Source: Trueperaceae bacterium (GTDB lineage: Bacteria; Deinococcota; Deinococci; Deinococcales; Trueperaceae). From it: a stretch of 64,000 nt of DNA. Below the pieces are notes generated by a model. That model was not told the origin of the DNA. It worked only from the letters and a program-made list of their open reading frames with translations, and did not search any database. The stretch spans positions 1,312,001 to 1,376,000 of the forward strand of contig JAXHLW010000013.1 of assembly GCA_034521815.1 (NCBI GenBank), read 5' to 3'. The number at the start of each line of letters is the position of its first letter. Within the stretch, counting starts at the first letter, position 1. Of this stretch, positions 11,335 to 21,433 are shown one piece after another. The position numbers and the translations under genes are program-made.

Positions 11335-12084
11335 ATGCAGCGACTCCTGCTCCTCCTCACCGTTCTGGTCCTCGGGTTCGCCACGGCCCAAACCGACTTG
11401 GGCGGCCGCGAGCTCGACGTCGGCAGCGACACCACCTACCCGCCGTTCGAGACCGTCACCGCCGAGGGCGAGATCGTCGGCTTCGACGTCGACGTCGTGA
11501 ACGCGATCTGCGACGTGATCGGCTGCGTGCCGACGTTCGTCACCACCGCCTGGGACGGCATCTTCCCCGCCCTGGCGGCGGGCGAGTTCGACATGGTCGC
11601 CTCCGGCGTCTCCATCACCGACGAGCGCGACGAGATCGTCGACTTCAGCGATCCGTACCTGGTGGTCGGCCAGTCGATCACCACCCGGGTCGAGGACGCC
11701 ACCCTGCGGCAGGACGACTTCACCAGCGAGGACAGCTCCCTGATCCTCGGCGCCCAGCTGGGCACGACGAACGCGCAGCTCGGCGAAGAGCTGGTGGGCG
11801 ACGATCGCCTGCGCCTGTACGACACCTTCAACGCGGCCGTCCTGGCCCTGCTGAACGGCGACGTCGACGGCGTGATCATCGACGGCGTCACCGCCGACGC
11901 GTTCGTGCAGCAGTACGCCGGCGATCTGGTGGTCGAGATCCGCGGCCTCACCAGCGATCCCCTCGGCCTGGTGTTCCAGGAGGGCGATCCGCTCCAGGAC
12001 GCGTTCAACGAAGGCCTGGCCGCGATCCGGGCGGACGGCACGTGGGACGAGCTCGTGCTGAAGTGGTTCGCCGGCGAAGAGTGA
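11335..12084 (+). CDS. Polar amino acid ABC transporter substrate-binding protein
   Basis: GAGG RBS, signal peptide, DTTYPPFE, GFDVDV, SITDER, GAQLGTT. Confidence 0.93.
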   Translation: MQRLLLLLTVLVLGFATAQTDLGGRELDVGSDTTYPPFETVTAEGEIVGFDVDVVNAICDVIGCVPTFVTTAWDGIFPALAAGEFDMVASGVSITDERDEIVDFSDPYLVVGQSITTRVEDATLRQDDFTSEDSSLILGAQLGTTNAQLGEELVGDDRLRLYDTFNAAVLALLNGDVDGVIIDGVTADAFVQQYAGDLVVEIRGLTSDPLGLVFQEGDPLQDAFNEGLAAIRADGTWDELVLKWFAGEE

Positions 12085-12142
12085 GGGCGAACGGGCGTTC
12101 GCCCGCGATCCCTTCCACGGCCCATACGCCTTAGCCGCCCCC

Positions 12143-12168
12143 GGGGGCCGGGACCGGTCCCGGCCCCC
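12143..12168. terminator. Perfect 26-bp palindrome between the binding-protein and permease genes
   Basis: GGGGGCCGGGACCGGTCCCGGCCCCC. Confidence 0.5.
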
Positions 12169-12200
12169 GACCTCGTGCACGCCGTGCCGCGGAGGTCTTC

Positions 12201-13403
12201 GTGAGCCGCCCCAACCCTTCGGCGAAGGTCCGCCGCGGACCGCTCGGCCGGCTGAAGCCGAGCTACCTGGTCCTGCTGGCGCTGCTCCCGCTCGTGGTCC
12301 TGGTCTACGTACGAGACCCCGACTACCAGGCGGCGCTGCGGTTCCTGATTCCCGGTCTGCAGTTCACGATCTCGGTCACCGTGTTCGGGTACCTGCTCGC
12401 GTCGTTCCTGGGGCTCGCTCTGGCCGGCATGATGCTGTTGCCGCTGGGGCGGCGCACCGTTCCGGCGTTCGCGATCGTCGCGGCGCTGGCGCTGGCAGGT
12501 GGCGGCGTGCTGCTGGTCGCGCCCAGCGACGAGCTGGTCCTGGCCGGAAGCGCCCTGGGGCGCGTCGCGATCGTCCGCGGAACACCGTCACGACTGATCG
12601 ATCAGGTCCAGTCCGGAGCCTACGCCCAGGACGCGCCGGAGCGACGGTTCCTGAGCGCGCTCGACGCCGAAGCGGCGCTGGCCTACCTTCAGGAGGGCCG
12701 CGTGGACGCCGTGTTCCTCCCGGCCGAGCGGGTCCCAGAAGGCCTCCCCGAGCTGTGGCGCACGACGTTCCTGCCCGACTCCGCCCGCAACCCCGCGTCG
12801 ATGCTGCTCGCGGCCGGGGTGCTCTTGGCGTTGCTGGCGTTCGCCGCGCAGCAGAGTCGCGAGCACCCGCTGTCGATCTTCGCCGACCTGTACGTCGATC
12901 TGATCCGCGGCATCCCGATGCTGGTCGTGATCCTGTTCATCGGGTTCGTGCTGCCCGGCGCGATCCGTGATTTGACCGGGGGCCGGATCAGCATCCGCAA
13001 CGACTTGCTCAGGGGCGTGCTGGCGATCGCGATCGGCTACGCGGCGTACATGGCCGAGATCTTCCGGGCCGGGATCGAGGCGATCCCGAAGGGGCAGATC
13101 GAGGCGTCGCGCAGCATGGGCCTGGGCGGCTGGCAGACGGCCCGCTTCGTGGTGCTGCCGCAAGCGATCCGGATCGTGCTGCCGCCGCTCGGGAACGAGT
13201 TCATCGCCATGCTCAAGGACACCGCGCTGCTCTCGGTGATCGGCGTGGGCGACGTGACGCAGAAGGCGCGCGAGTTCGGCGCGGCGACGCTGAACCTGTT
13301 CCCGCCGTACAACAGCGCCGCGGTGGTGTACGTGGTCCTCACGCTCAGCGCGTCCAGCGTGCTGCGCTGGATGGAGCGCAGGACGGACGCCGGCCGCACA
13401 TGA
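12201..13403 (+). CDS. Amino acid ABC permease (HisM/GlnP type) with an inserted soluble domain
   Basis: YVDLIRGIP, AYMAEIFRAGIEAIPKGQIEA, LPQA, KDTAL; 400 aa. Confidence 0.9.
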   Translation: MSRPNPSAKVRRGPLGRLKPSYLVLLALLPLVVLVYVRDPDYQAALRFLIPGLQFTISVTVFGYLLASFLGLALAGMMLLPLGRRTVPAFAIVAALALAGGGVLLVAPSDELVLAGSALGRVAIVRGTPSRLIDQVQSGAYAQDAPERRFLSALDAEAALAYLQEGRVDAVFLPAERVPEGLPELWRTTFLPDSARNPASMLLAAGVLLALLAFAAQQSREHPLSIFADLYVDLIRGIPMLVVILFIGFVLPGAIRDLTGGRISIRNDLLRGVLAIAIGYAAYMAEIFRAGIEAIPKGQIEASRSMGLGGWQTARFVVLPQAIRIVLPPLGNEFIAMLKDTALLSVIGVGDVTQKAREFGAATLNLFPPYNSAAVVYVVLTLSASSVLRWMERRTDAGRT

Positions 13404-14566
13404 GCGGACGGGTCGAGCCGGACGCGTGGGCCCGCGACGACGCCCCTGACCCGATGGTCCCCGTCGCCGAGGTGGATCTCGGCGCGCTGCGCCGCAACGT
13501 GGAGCGGCTGCGCCAGCGCACCCGACCGGGCACGCAGATGCTGGTCGCCGTCAAGGCGGACGCGTACGGCCACGGACTGCTTCCCGTCGCGCGCGCGCTG
13601 AGCGACGCCGGCGTCGACTGGCTGGGCGTCGCCGCGCCCGACGAGGCCGACCGCCTGCGAGCCGCCGGCATCGGCGGGCGGATCCTGATGTTCGGTCCGC
13701 TCAGAGGTCCTGCGCTGTCACGCCTCGTCGCCGCCGAGGTGGACCTCACGGTCACCGACACGAGCGACGTCGCCGCGGTCGCCGCGGCACGCGCCACGCT
13801 GGGCGACGACGCGCCGGACGCCCGGCTTCACCTCAAGGTGGACACCGGCATGGGCCGTTTGGGCCTGCGCCCGGAACGAGCGACCGGAATCGCCCGTGCC
13901 ATCGCGGACACCGACGGGCTGCGACTGGCCGGCGTGTGGACCCACTTCGCCTGCGCCGACGAGCCGTCGCGCGACGTCACCGAGGTGCAGCGGCAGGCGT
14001 TCGAGGCGACGCTGTCGGCTCTGGGCGCCGCCGGCCTGCAGCCTGAGCTGCGCCACGCGGCGAACAGCGCGGCGCTCCTGGCCTGGCCCTCCACCCATTA
14101 CGATCTGGTCCGTCCCGGCCTGGCGGTGTACGGCTACCCGCCCGGGCCGGAGCTCGCGACGCTCGCGGCCGATCTGGAGCCGGTCCTGACGCTCACGGCT
14201 CCCGTCGTGTTCGTCAAGCAGGTGAGCCGCGGCGACCCCGTGTCGTACGGCCAGCGCTGGCGTGCGCCCGGCGACACCACCGTCGCGACGGTCCGTTTCG
14301 GCTACGCCGACGGCTACCCGCGAGCGCTCACGAACCTGGGCGAGGCCACGTTGAACGGCCGCCGCTGCCGCGTGGTGGGCACCGTCTGCATGGACCAGCT
14401 GATGCTGGACGCCGGCGCCGCCGAGGTCGCGGTGGGAGACCGCGCGATCCTGTTCGGGCGGGGCGGTCCTGGCGCGGACGAGCTGGCGGCCCGGATCGGC
14501 ACGATCCCCTACGAGCTGTTGACGCGCCTGGGAGGGCGCGTCGTCCGACGCTACCGGGCGTCGTAG
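13400..14566 (+). CDS. alr: Alanine racemase
   Basis: AVKADAYGHG, HLKVDTGMGRLG, HAANSA, VRPG, GYADG, VCMDQ. Confidence 0.96.
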   Translation: MSGRVEPDAWARDDAPDPMVPVAEVDLGALRRNVERLRQRTRPGTQMLVAVKADAYGHGLLPVARALSDAGVDWLGVAAPDEADRLRAAGIGGRILMFGPLRGPALSRLVAAEVDLTVTDTSDVAAVAAARATLGDDAPDARLHLKVDTGMGRLGLRPERATGIARAIADTDGLRLAGVWTHFACADEPSRDVTEVQRQAFEATLSALGAAGLQPELRHAANSAALLAWPSTHYDLVRPGLAVYGYPPGPELATLAADLEPVLTLTAPVVFVKQVSRGDPVSYGQRWRAPGDTTVATVRFGYADGYPRALTNLGEATLNGRRCRVVGTVCMDQLMLDAGAAEVAVGDRAILFGRGGPGADELAARIGTIPYELLTRLGGRVVRRYRAS

Positions 14567-14636
14567 CGGGCGCCGGCGGTCGCATGCGCCGGCCCACCGG
14601 CATGACGGGCGTCTTGCGTCCGCGCGGCGCCGACCG

Positions 14637-16169
14637 TCACCTGGACAGCGACGCCTCGGATCGACCGTTCCCTCGGCCGTTGACCGGACCGCTGGCCGAG
14701 CCGCCGTTCCCCGGCCCGGAGCCGTTCCCTGGCCCGGAGCCGTCGTCGGTCGCGCCTTCCGTCTCGTGCTCCTCCAGCGTGACGCGGACGCTGCTGACGC
14801 GACGCTCGTCCCCCTCGAGCACCTCGAAGCGCGCGCCGCCGTGCTCCAGGGCGTCGCCCACCCTGGGAATCGAGCCGAAGCGGGCGATCAGGAATCCGGC
14901 CAGCGTGTCGTACTCGCCTTCGTCCTCGAACACGATGCGGAGCGCGTCGCCGACCTCGTCGAGGTTGGCCGAGCCTTGCACCACGTACTCGCCGTCGGCG
15001 GCGGCCACGATGTCCTCGGCCTCCTCCTCGTCGGTCTCGTCGTAGATCTCGCCGGTGATCTCCTCGATGATGTCCTCGAGCGTGATCAGGCCGCTGGTCC
15101 CGCCGAACTCGTCGACGACGACCGCCATGTGGACCTTGCGGTGGCGCATGTCCCGCAGGAGCGCCAGGACCGACAGCGTCTCGGGCACGTACTGCGGCGG
15201 GCCCATCAGGTCGGCGACGCGCGTGGACGCCAGCGCCTCGGGCCGGCCGAGATACGGCAGCAGATCGCGCGCGTAGGCGATCCCGCGCACGTCGTCGATG
15301 CTGCCCGCGTACGCCGGGAGGCGGCTGTAGCCGTGCTCGGTCACCAGGGCGAGCATCTCGTCCAGGCCGTCGTCCTCGGAGACGGCGACGACGTCGACGC
15401 GCGGCGTCATGACCTCGCGCACGACGGTCTCCTCGAGGTCGATGATCCCCTTGATCATCTGCTCCTCCTGCGCCTCGATCACGCCGGACTCCTCGGCGCT
15501 CCGAAGCATCAGGCGGAGCTCGTTCTCCGTGATCAGCGGGGTGGTGGTCGGCTCCAGCCGCACCGCCCGCAGGATGAGCGTCGTGACCCAGGCGAAGAAG
15601 CGCCCGACCGGGTAGAGCACGATCGACAGCGCCCAGACCGGCCGGATGACGAGCCGACTGAACCCGACGGCGTTGTGGACGGCGATCGACTTGGGCGTGA
15701 TCTCACCGAAGACCAGGACGAGCAGGGTCATGATCCCCGTCGCCGATCCCACCGCCAACGACTCGCCGAACCCGTACTGCCGCGAGAGCTGGATCGAGAT
15801 CTGCGTCACCAGCGCGGTCGCTCCGATGTTGACGAGGTTGTTTCCGATCAGCAGGGTGGTGATGAAGCGTGTGGGCTGCGCCTCGAGCAGCGCGAACGCC
15901 CCGCTGGGATCGAGGCCCTCCTCGCGGATCTGCCGGATCTTCCACTCGCCAAGCGCCGTGAGCGCGGTCTCGGAGCCCGACAGGATGCCCGACAGGGCGA
16001 GAAGCACGATGAGCAGCGCGATCTGGCCGAACGAAACACCGCCGGCCACGTCGGCCGGCGTCTGGGCGAGCGCCACGGCGGGCGCGGCGATCACGATCAG
16101 CGAGAGGGGGAGAAGCGTGAGTATCGACGGGGGCCGCGATCGACTGGGAGGGGTGTCTTCGTCTTCCAT
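14637..16169 (-). CDS. Hemolysin/CNNM family protein (DUF21 + CBS pair + CorC), Mg/Co transport-related
   Basis: SGSETAL, LIGNNLVN, FGEITPK, VMTPR, YSRLP, VVDEFGGTSG; start at 16169 has an AGGA RBS. Confidence 0.9.
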   Translation of the reverse strand: MEDEDTPPSRSRPPSILTLLPLSLIVIAAPAVALAQTPADVAGGVSFGQIALLIVLLALSGILSGSETALTALGEWKIRQIREEGLDPSGAFALLEAQPTRFITTLLIGNNLVNIGATALVTQISIQLSRQYGFGESLAVGSATGIMTLLVLVFGEITPKSIAVHNAVGFSRLVIRPVWALSIVLYPVGRFFAWVTTLILRAVRLEPTTTPLITENELRLMLRSAEESGVIEAQEEQMIKGIIDLEETVVREVMTPRVDVVAVSEDDGLDEMLALVTEHGYSRLPAYAGSIDDVRGIAYARDLLPYLGRPEALASTRVADLMGPPQYVPETLSVLALLRDMRHRKVHMAVVVDEFGGTSGLITLEDIIEEITGEIYDETDEEEAEDIVAAADGEYVVQGSANLDEVGDALRIVFEDEGEYDTLAGFLIARFGSIPRVGDALEHGGARFEVLEGDERRVSSVRVTLEEHETEGATDDGSGPGNGSGPGNGGSASGPVNGRGNGRSEASLSR

Positions 16170-16284
16170 GTCCTGCGCGGAGTCTAGCATAGGGGCCTGC
16201 GCGGGCCCGTTCGGTGCGGCCCGCCGCGTTCCCCGTTCCGGACCGTCGGCTGAGGTATCCTCGCCTCCCTGAGGCGGAGGTGGC

Positions 16285-16887
16285 ATGGCGAACATCGTGG
16301 TGGAGGGTCCCATCGGCGTCGGCAAGACGAGCCTGACGAAGCTCCTGGCCGACGCGATCGGTGCCCGGCAGGTCCTCGAGGTGGTCGAGGAGAATCCGTT
16401 CCTGGCCGCGTTCTACCAGGACCCCGAGCGGTACGCGTTCAGCACCCAGTCGTTCTTCCTGCTCTCGCGCTTCAAGCAGTCGCAGGAGCTCGGGCAGGGA
16501 TCGCTGTTCGCGCGCCACGTCGTCGCCGACTACCTGTTCGACAAGGATTGGATCTTCGCGTCGCTGACCTTGCAGGGCGACGAGTGGGAGCTGTATCAGG
16601 ACCTGTATCGCAGCCTGCGTCCCAAGCTGGCGCCGCCCGACCTGGTCGTCTACCTCCGCGCCGATCCGGACGTGCTGCTGCCGCGGATCGCCCAGCGGGC
16701 CCGGCCGTTCGAGCGGAACATGGATCCCGACTACCTCCGTCGGCTGGGATCGGCGTACGACGCCTGGTTCGAGCACTGTCCCTACCCGCTGCACGTGATC
16801 GAGGCGTCCGACGTCGACTTCGTCGCCTCGCCCGCCGACCGGGATGCGGTCCTGGCCGACGTCCTGCAGCTCGCGAAGGTCGCCTGA
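16285..16887 (+). CDS. Deoxynucleoside kinase
   Basis: GGAGG RBS; EGPIGVGKT, ENPFL..FY, PDLVVYL, RARPFE. Confidence 0.92.
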   Translation: MANIVVEGPIGVGKTSLTKLLADAIGARQVLEVVEENPFLAAFYQDPERYAFSTQSFFLLSRFKQSQELGQGSLFARHVVADYLFDKDWIFASLTLQGDEWELYQDLYRSLRPKLAPPDLVVYLRADPDVLLPRIAQRARPFERNMDPDYLRRLGSAYDAWFEHCPYPLHVIEASDVDFVASPADRDAVLADVLQLAKVA

Positions 16888-16893
16888 GCGACG

Positions 16894-17520
16894 GTGTACG
16901 TGGCCGTGGCGGGAAACATCGGCGTGGGAAAATCCAGCCTGACGAGGCTGCTGTCCGACCGCTACCGGCTGGAGCCGATCTACGAGTCGGTGGACGAGAA
17001 CCCGTACCTGCCCGACTTCTACCGTGACATGCCCCGCTGGGCGTTCCACTCGCAGATGTTCTTCCTGGCCGAACGCCTGCGCCAGCACCTTCGCCAGGTC
17101 AATCCGGGCGAACGCGTGATCCAGGACCGCACCATCTACGAGGACGCCGCGGTGTTCGCGCGCGCCCTGTGGCGCGACGGCGTGATGAACGACCGCGATC
17201 ACGAGAGCTACCGCCGGATGTACGAGGCGATCGCCGCCACGCTGCGGCCGCCCGACCTGCTCGTCTACCTGCGCGCCTCCGTCCCGACGTTGCGGGCGAG
17301 GATCGCGCTGCGGGGCCGAGGCTACGAGAGCGACATCGCGGAGAGCTACCTGGAACGGCTGAACGAGCTGTACGACGCGTTCGTGAGCGAGTACGAGCTC
17401 TCGAGGGTGGTCGTCGTTCCCGCCGACGACCTCGACTTCGTCGGCTCCGCCGCGGATCTCCGGCGAACGTTCGCGCTGCTCGAGCCTCTCGGCCTGGTGC
17501 CTCCGCTGGTGCGGAGCTGA
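16894..17520 (+). CDS. Deoxynucleoside kinase (second paralog)
   Basis: GNIGVGKS, ENPYL, DRTIYED, PDLLVYL, RGRGYE. Confidence 0.92.
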   Translation: MYVAVAGNIGVGKSSLTRLLSDRYRLEPIYESVDENPYLPDFYRDMPRWAFHSQMFFLAERLRQHLRQVNPGERVIQDRTIYEDAAVFARALWRDGVMNDRDHESYRRMYEAIAATLRPPDLLVYLRASVPTLRARIALRGRGYESDIAESYLERLNELYDAFVSEYELSRVVVVPADDLDFVGSAADLRRTFALLEPLGLVPPLVRS

Positions 17521-17542
17521 GGGAGAGGGAGGGGGCGGCGAG

Positions 17543-19047
17543 GTGCGCCTGCGTGACCTGGTGCGAGCGGCCTACCCCGAGCTGGCCGACGTGGCGTCGA
17601 GGCTGCCCGACACCGTCGTCACCGGCGTGGTGCAGGAAGCCGCCCGCGTCCGGCCGGGCGCCGTGTTCGTGGCTCGCCAGGGCGCCCGCGTCGACGGGCA
17701 CCGGTTCGTACCCGACGCGGTGGCCGCCGGTGCGGCGCTGGTCGCCGGCGTGCGTGCCGACGCCCCCCTCCGCGACCTGAAGGGCGTCCCGTACCTGCGC
17801 GTCCCCGACGATCGGAGCGCCGTCGCACGCTTGGCCGCCGCGATCCACGGACACCCCTCGAGGCGCGTCCGGGTGGTCGGCGTGACCGGCACCGACGGCA
17901 AGACGACCACCTCGGCCCTGCTCTGGTGGCTGCTGAGCGGCGCTTCGCCGACCGCGCTGGCCTCGACCGCGATGACGCGGATGGGGACGGAGGCGTCCGC
18001 CGCGACCGGCGGGTTCACGACCCCGGAGGCGGACGTCGTGCAGGCGTTCCTGGCCCAGGCCAACGATCACGGCATGACCCACGTCGTGCTCGAGTCCAGC
18101 TCGCACGGCCTGGCGCTGCGGCGCCTCGACGAGGTCGCGTACGCGCTGGCGGTGTGGACGAACCTGTCGCCCGAGCATCTCGATTTCCACGGCGACCTCG
18201 CCACCTACCGCGACGCCAAGGCGTCGCTGGTCCGTCGCGCCCCGCACGCGATCCTGAACCGCGACGACGACGCGTACGGTTCTTCGCCGGCGAGGCGTCC
18301 GCGTCGACCAGCTACGGCGAGCATCGCTCGGCCGATTGGCGACTGCTCGCGGTCCGGCCGGAGGGCGGCCGGCTGACGCTGCGCGTCGGAGCGCCGGACG
18401 GGCTGGAGCGCGAGGCGCACCTCCCGATGGTGGGCGACTTCAACGCCTGGAACGCCGTGGCCGCGCTGGCGGCCGCCGCGCACGAGGGCGGGGAGATCGA
18501 CGCCGCCACGGAGCGGCTGGCCACGTTTCCCGGCGTGCCGGGACGGATGCAGGTGATCCAGGCCCGACCGTTCGCGGTCGTCGTGGACTTCGCGCACACC
18601 GCGCCCGCCCTGGCGAAGGCGCTGGCGGCCACCACGCCCGCCGGGGGCCGCCGGATCGTCGTGGTCGGCGCCGCGGGCGAGCGCGATCCCGGCAAGCGAG
18701 CCCCTCTGGGCGTCGCCGCGGTCGCCGGCGCCGACCTCGCCATCTTCACCGAGGAGGACGCGCGCAGCGAGGATGTAGGGGCGATCCTGGAGCAGCTCGC
18801 CGCCGGCGCCCGCACCGCCGGCGGCGAGGAGGGCGCGGCCTTCGTACGGATCGGCGACCGACGCGAGGCGATCCGCGAGGCCGTCCGCCGCGCCCGGCCC
18901 GGCGACGTCGTCCTGCTGGCCGGGAAGGGCCACGAGACGACGCTGGAACGTGCCGACGGGGCCCGGCCGTGGAACGAGGTCGACGAAGCGCGCTCCGCCC
19001 TGGCCGCGCTGCACGCGACGAACGGCGCCCGGCGGCCGCTGCGCTAG
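17543..19047 (+). CDS. murE: MurE ligase, with a single frameshift near 18278 (likely artefact)
   Basis: GVTGTDGKTTT, FTTPE, LESSSHGL and NLSPEHLDFH in one frame; VPGRMQ, DFAHT, EEDARSE and LAGKGHE in the other. Confidence 0.9.
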
Positions 19048-19056
19048 AGTGGCCGC

Positions 19057-20346
19057 ATGCACGTACAGGATTTCATCGAGACGAAGCGCGACGGGCGCAC
19101 GCATTCGGAGGCCGACCTGCGCGCGTTCGTGAACGGGGTCGCTCGCGGCGAGGTCCCCGACTACCAGGCGGCGGCGTGGCTGATGGCCGTGCACTTCCGC
19201 GGCCTCAGCGACGAGGAGACGGCCGTCCTCACCGATGCGATGGCCGCGAGCGGCGACCGGCTGGACCTGTCGGGCCTCGCTCACACCGTCGACAAGCACT
19301 CCACCGGAGGGGTCGGGGACAAGACCACGCTGGTGCTGGCGCCGCTGTTGGCGGCGTGCGGAGCGACCGTCGCGAAGGTGTCCGGCCGGGGGCTCGGGCA
19401 CACCGGCGGCACGATCGACAAGCTCGAGAGCATTCCCGGCTACCGCACCTCGCTTCACGACGACGAGTTCCTGGACCAAGCCCGGGAGGTCGGCGTCGTC
19501 GTGACCGGCCAGTCGGGCGAGATGGCGCCGGCGGACAAGGTGCTCTACGCGCTGCGCGACGCCACGGCGACGGTCGCGTCGCTGCCGCTGATCGCCGCGA
19601 GCGTGATGAGCAAGAAGCTGGCCGGGGGCGCGGCGTCGATCGTGCTGGACGTCAAGGTGGGCCGCGGCGCGTTCATGGCGGACGCCGAGCAGGGCCGCGC
19701 GCTGGGCGCCACGATGCGCGCGATCGGTCGGCATGCGGGACGCAACGTCCGGGTGGTCCTGTCGGGCATGGAGCAGCCGCTGGGCCTGACGGTCGGCAAC
19801 GCCTTGGAGGTACGCGAGGCGATCGCCGCGCTGGACGGCGGCGGACCGGACGACCTGCGCGAGCTGGTGGTGATCCTCGCCGCCGAGGTCCTGGCGGCGT
19901 CGGGCCTGGACGCAGACCCGGAGCGGATCGCGGCCGCGCTGGACGACGGCTCGGCCCGGCGTCGCTTCGACCGCTGGATCGAGGCCCAAGGGGGCGACCT
20001 GGACGATCCGAACGCCCTGGCGCTCGCACCGGACCGCGCCGAGATCGCCGCCCCGAACGACGGCGTGCTGGCGGACCTGGACGCGCTTCAGGTGGGGCGG
20101 GCGGTGCGTCTGCTGGGTGGTGGCCGCACCCGCAAGGACGACCCGGTCGACCTCGGCGTAGGCGTCGAGCTTCACGCCAAGATCGGGTCGCCCGTCCGGC
20201 GCGGCGAGGCGGTCGCGACGGTGGTCCACCGCGACGGTCGGGGCCTCGACGAGGCACGTGCCGTGCTGACCGGCGCCATCCGCATCGCCGACCATGCCGA
20301 GGCGCTGCCGCTGGTGCTCGAGACGCTGGGCGCCGGGCGCACGTAG
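19057..20346 (+). CDS. pdp: Pyrimidine-nucleoside/thymidine phosphorylase
   Basis: DKHSTGGVGDK, SGRGLGHTGGTIDKLE, APADK..YALRD, SVMSKKLA. Confidence 0.95.
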   Translation: MHVQDFIETKRDGRTHSEADLRAFVNGVARGEVPDYQAAAWLMAVHFRGLSDEETAVLTDAMAASGDRLDLSGLAHTVDKHSTGGVGDKTTLVLAPLLAACGATVAKVSGRGLGHTGGTIDKLESIPGYRTSLHDDEFLDQAREVGVVVTGQSGEMAPADKVLYALRDATATVASLPLIAASVMSKKLAGGAASIVLDVKVGRGAFMADAEQGRALGATMRAIGRHAGRNVRVVLSGMEQPLGLTVGNALEVREAIAALDGGGPDDLRELVVILAAEVLAASGLDADPERIAAALDDGSARRRFDRWIEAQGGDLDDPNALALAPDRAEIAAPNDGVLADLDALQVGRAVRLLGGGRTRKDDPVDLGVGVELHAKIGSPVRRGEAVATVVHRDGRGLDEARAVLTGAIRIADHAEALPLVLETLGAGRT

Positions 20347-21225
20347 ATGCTGTACGCAGCGATCCCCAAGGAGCGGCGCGAGCGATTCGCCCGTCAGCTG
20401 GTGCTTCCAGAGCTGGGGCCGGAGGGCCAGGTCGCCTTGGCCGGCGCGTCCGTGCTGGTGGTCGGCGCGGGCGGGCTGGGCTCGCCGGCGATCGCGTACC
20501 TGGCGGGATCCGGCGTCGGGCGGCTCACGATCATCGATCCGGGCACCGTTCGCCGTGCCGACCTGCACCGCCAGATTCTCTACCGCGACGCCGACGTCGG
20601 GCGGGCGAAGGCCGCCCTGGCGGCAGGTCGGGCCCGCGAGGTCGATCCCGAGCTTCGTGCCGAAGGCGTGCAGGAGGCGTTCGAGCCGTCGAACGGTCGC
20701 GCGTTCGTTCGCGATCACGACGTGGTCGTCGACGCCAGCGACAATCCCGCCACCCGCTACCTGGTCAGCGACGCCTGCGTGCTCGAAGGGCGGCCGCTGG
20801 TGTTCGGCGCGGTCTCCCGGCTCGAGGGGCAGATCGCACGGCTGGCGGGGGGCGACGCGGGGGGCGACGCGCCGTGCTACCGCTGCCTCTACCCCGAGCC
20901 GCCTCCACCCCAGTCGATCCCGTCGTGCGCCGAGGTGGGGGTCCTGGGTCCGGCAGCGGGCGTGATCGGCGCCTGGATGGCGTTCGAGACGATCCGCACC
21001 GTGGCGGGACTCGCCAGCGCTCCGCCGCAAGGTCTGCTCCACGTGGACCTCGCGAGCTGGTCGCAGCAGCGTGTTCGTGTGGCCCGCCGGCCGGACTGCG
21101 CCATCTGCGGCGACACGCCGGTGATCACCGAGCTTCGCCTGGAGCTCGCCGCCTGCGATGCCGGCGAGCCGTACCCTGGCGAGACGCCGGCTCGCGGTCC
21201 AGCCGCTGGCCTTGACGTGACGTGA
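20347..21225 (+). CDS. HesA/MoeB/ThiF family adenylyltransferase
   Basis: [36 protein letters not shown]. Confidence 0.9.
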   Translation: MLYAAIPKERRERFARQLVLPELGPEGQVALAGASVLVVGAGGLGSPAIAYLAGSGVGRLTIIDPGTVRRADLHRQILYRDADVGRAKAALAAGRAREVDPELRAEGVQEAFEPSNGRAFVRDHDVVVDASDNPATRYLVSDACVLEGRPLVFGAVSRLEGQIARLAGGDAGGDAPCYRCLYPEPPPPQSIPSCAEVGVLGPAAGVIGAWMAFETIRTVAGLASAPPQGLLHVDLASWSQQRVRVARRPDCAICGDTPVITELRLELAACDAGEPYPGETPARGPAAGLDVT

Positions 21226-21241
21226 TCACCTCGTCTATACT
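21212..21241 (+). promoter_or_regulatory. sigmaA promoter of tRNA-fMet
   Basis: TTGACG-N18-TATACT, ending 15 nt before the tRNA. Confidence 0.8.
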
Positions 21242-21255
21242 CTTCTTTGCGCCGC

Positions 21256-21332
<77 letters not shown>

Positions 21333-21340
21333 ACCGCCGC

Positions 21341-21364
21341 GAGGGGCCCCGGAAGGGGCCCTTC
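21341..21364 (+). terminator. Stem-loop after the tRNA
   Basis: GAGGGGCCCC-GGAA-GGGGCCCTTC. Confidence 0.7.
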
Positions 21365-21433
21365 GTCGTGCAGGTAGTCGTGCAGGGCAGTCGTCGCATG
21401 GACTCCCACCGGCAGCGCCGACGGGAGGAAGTC

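Noticed and set aside
18265-18295. Programmed ribosomal frameshifting in murE, ggt or the permease
   Set aside because: No slippery sequences; scattered single-base indels fit sequencing error better
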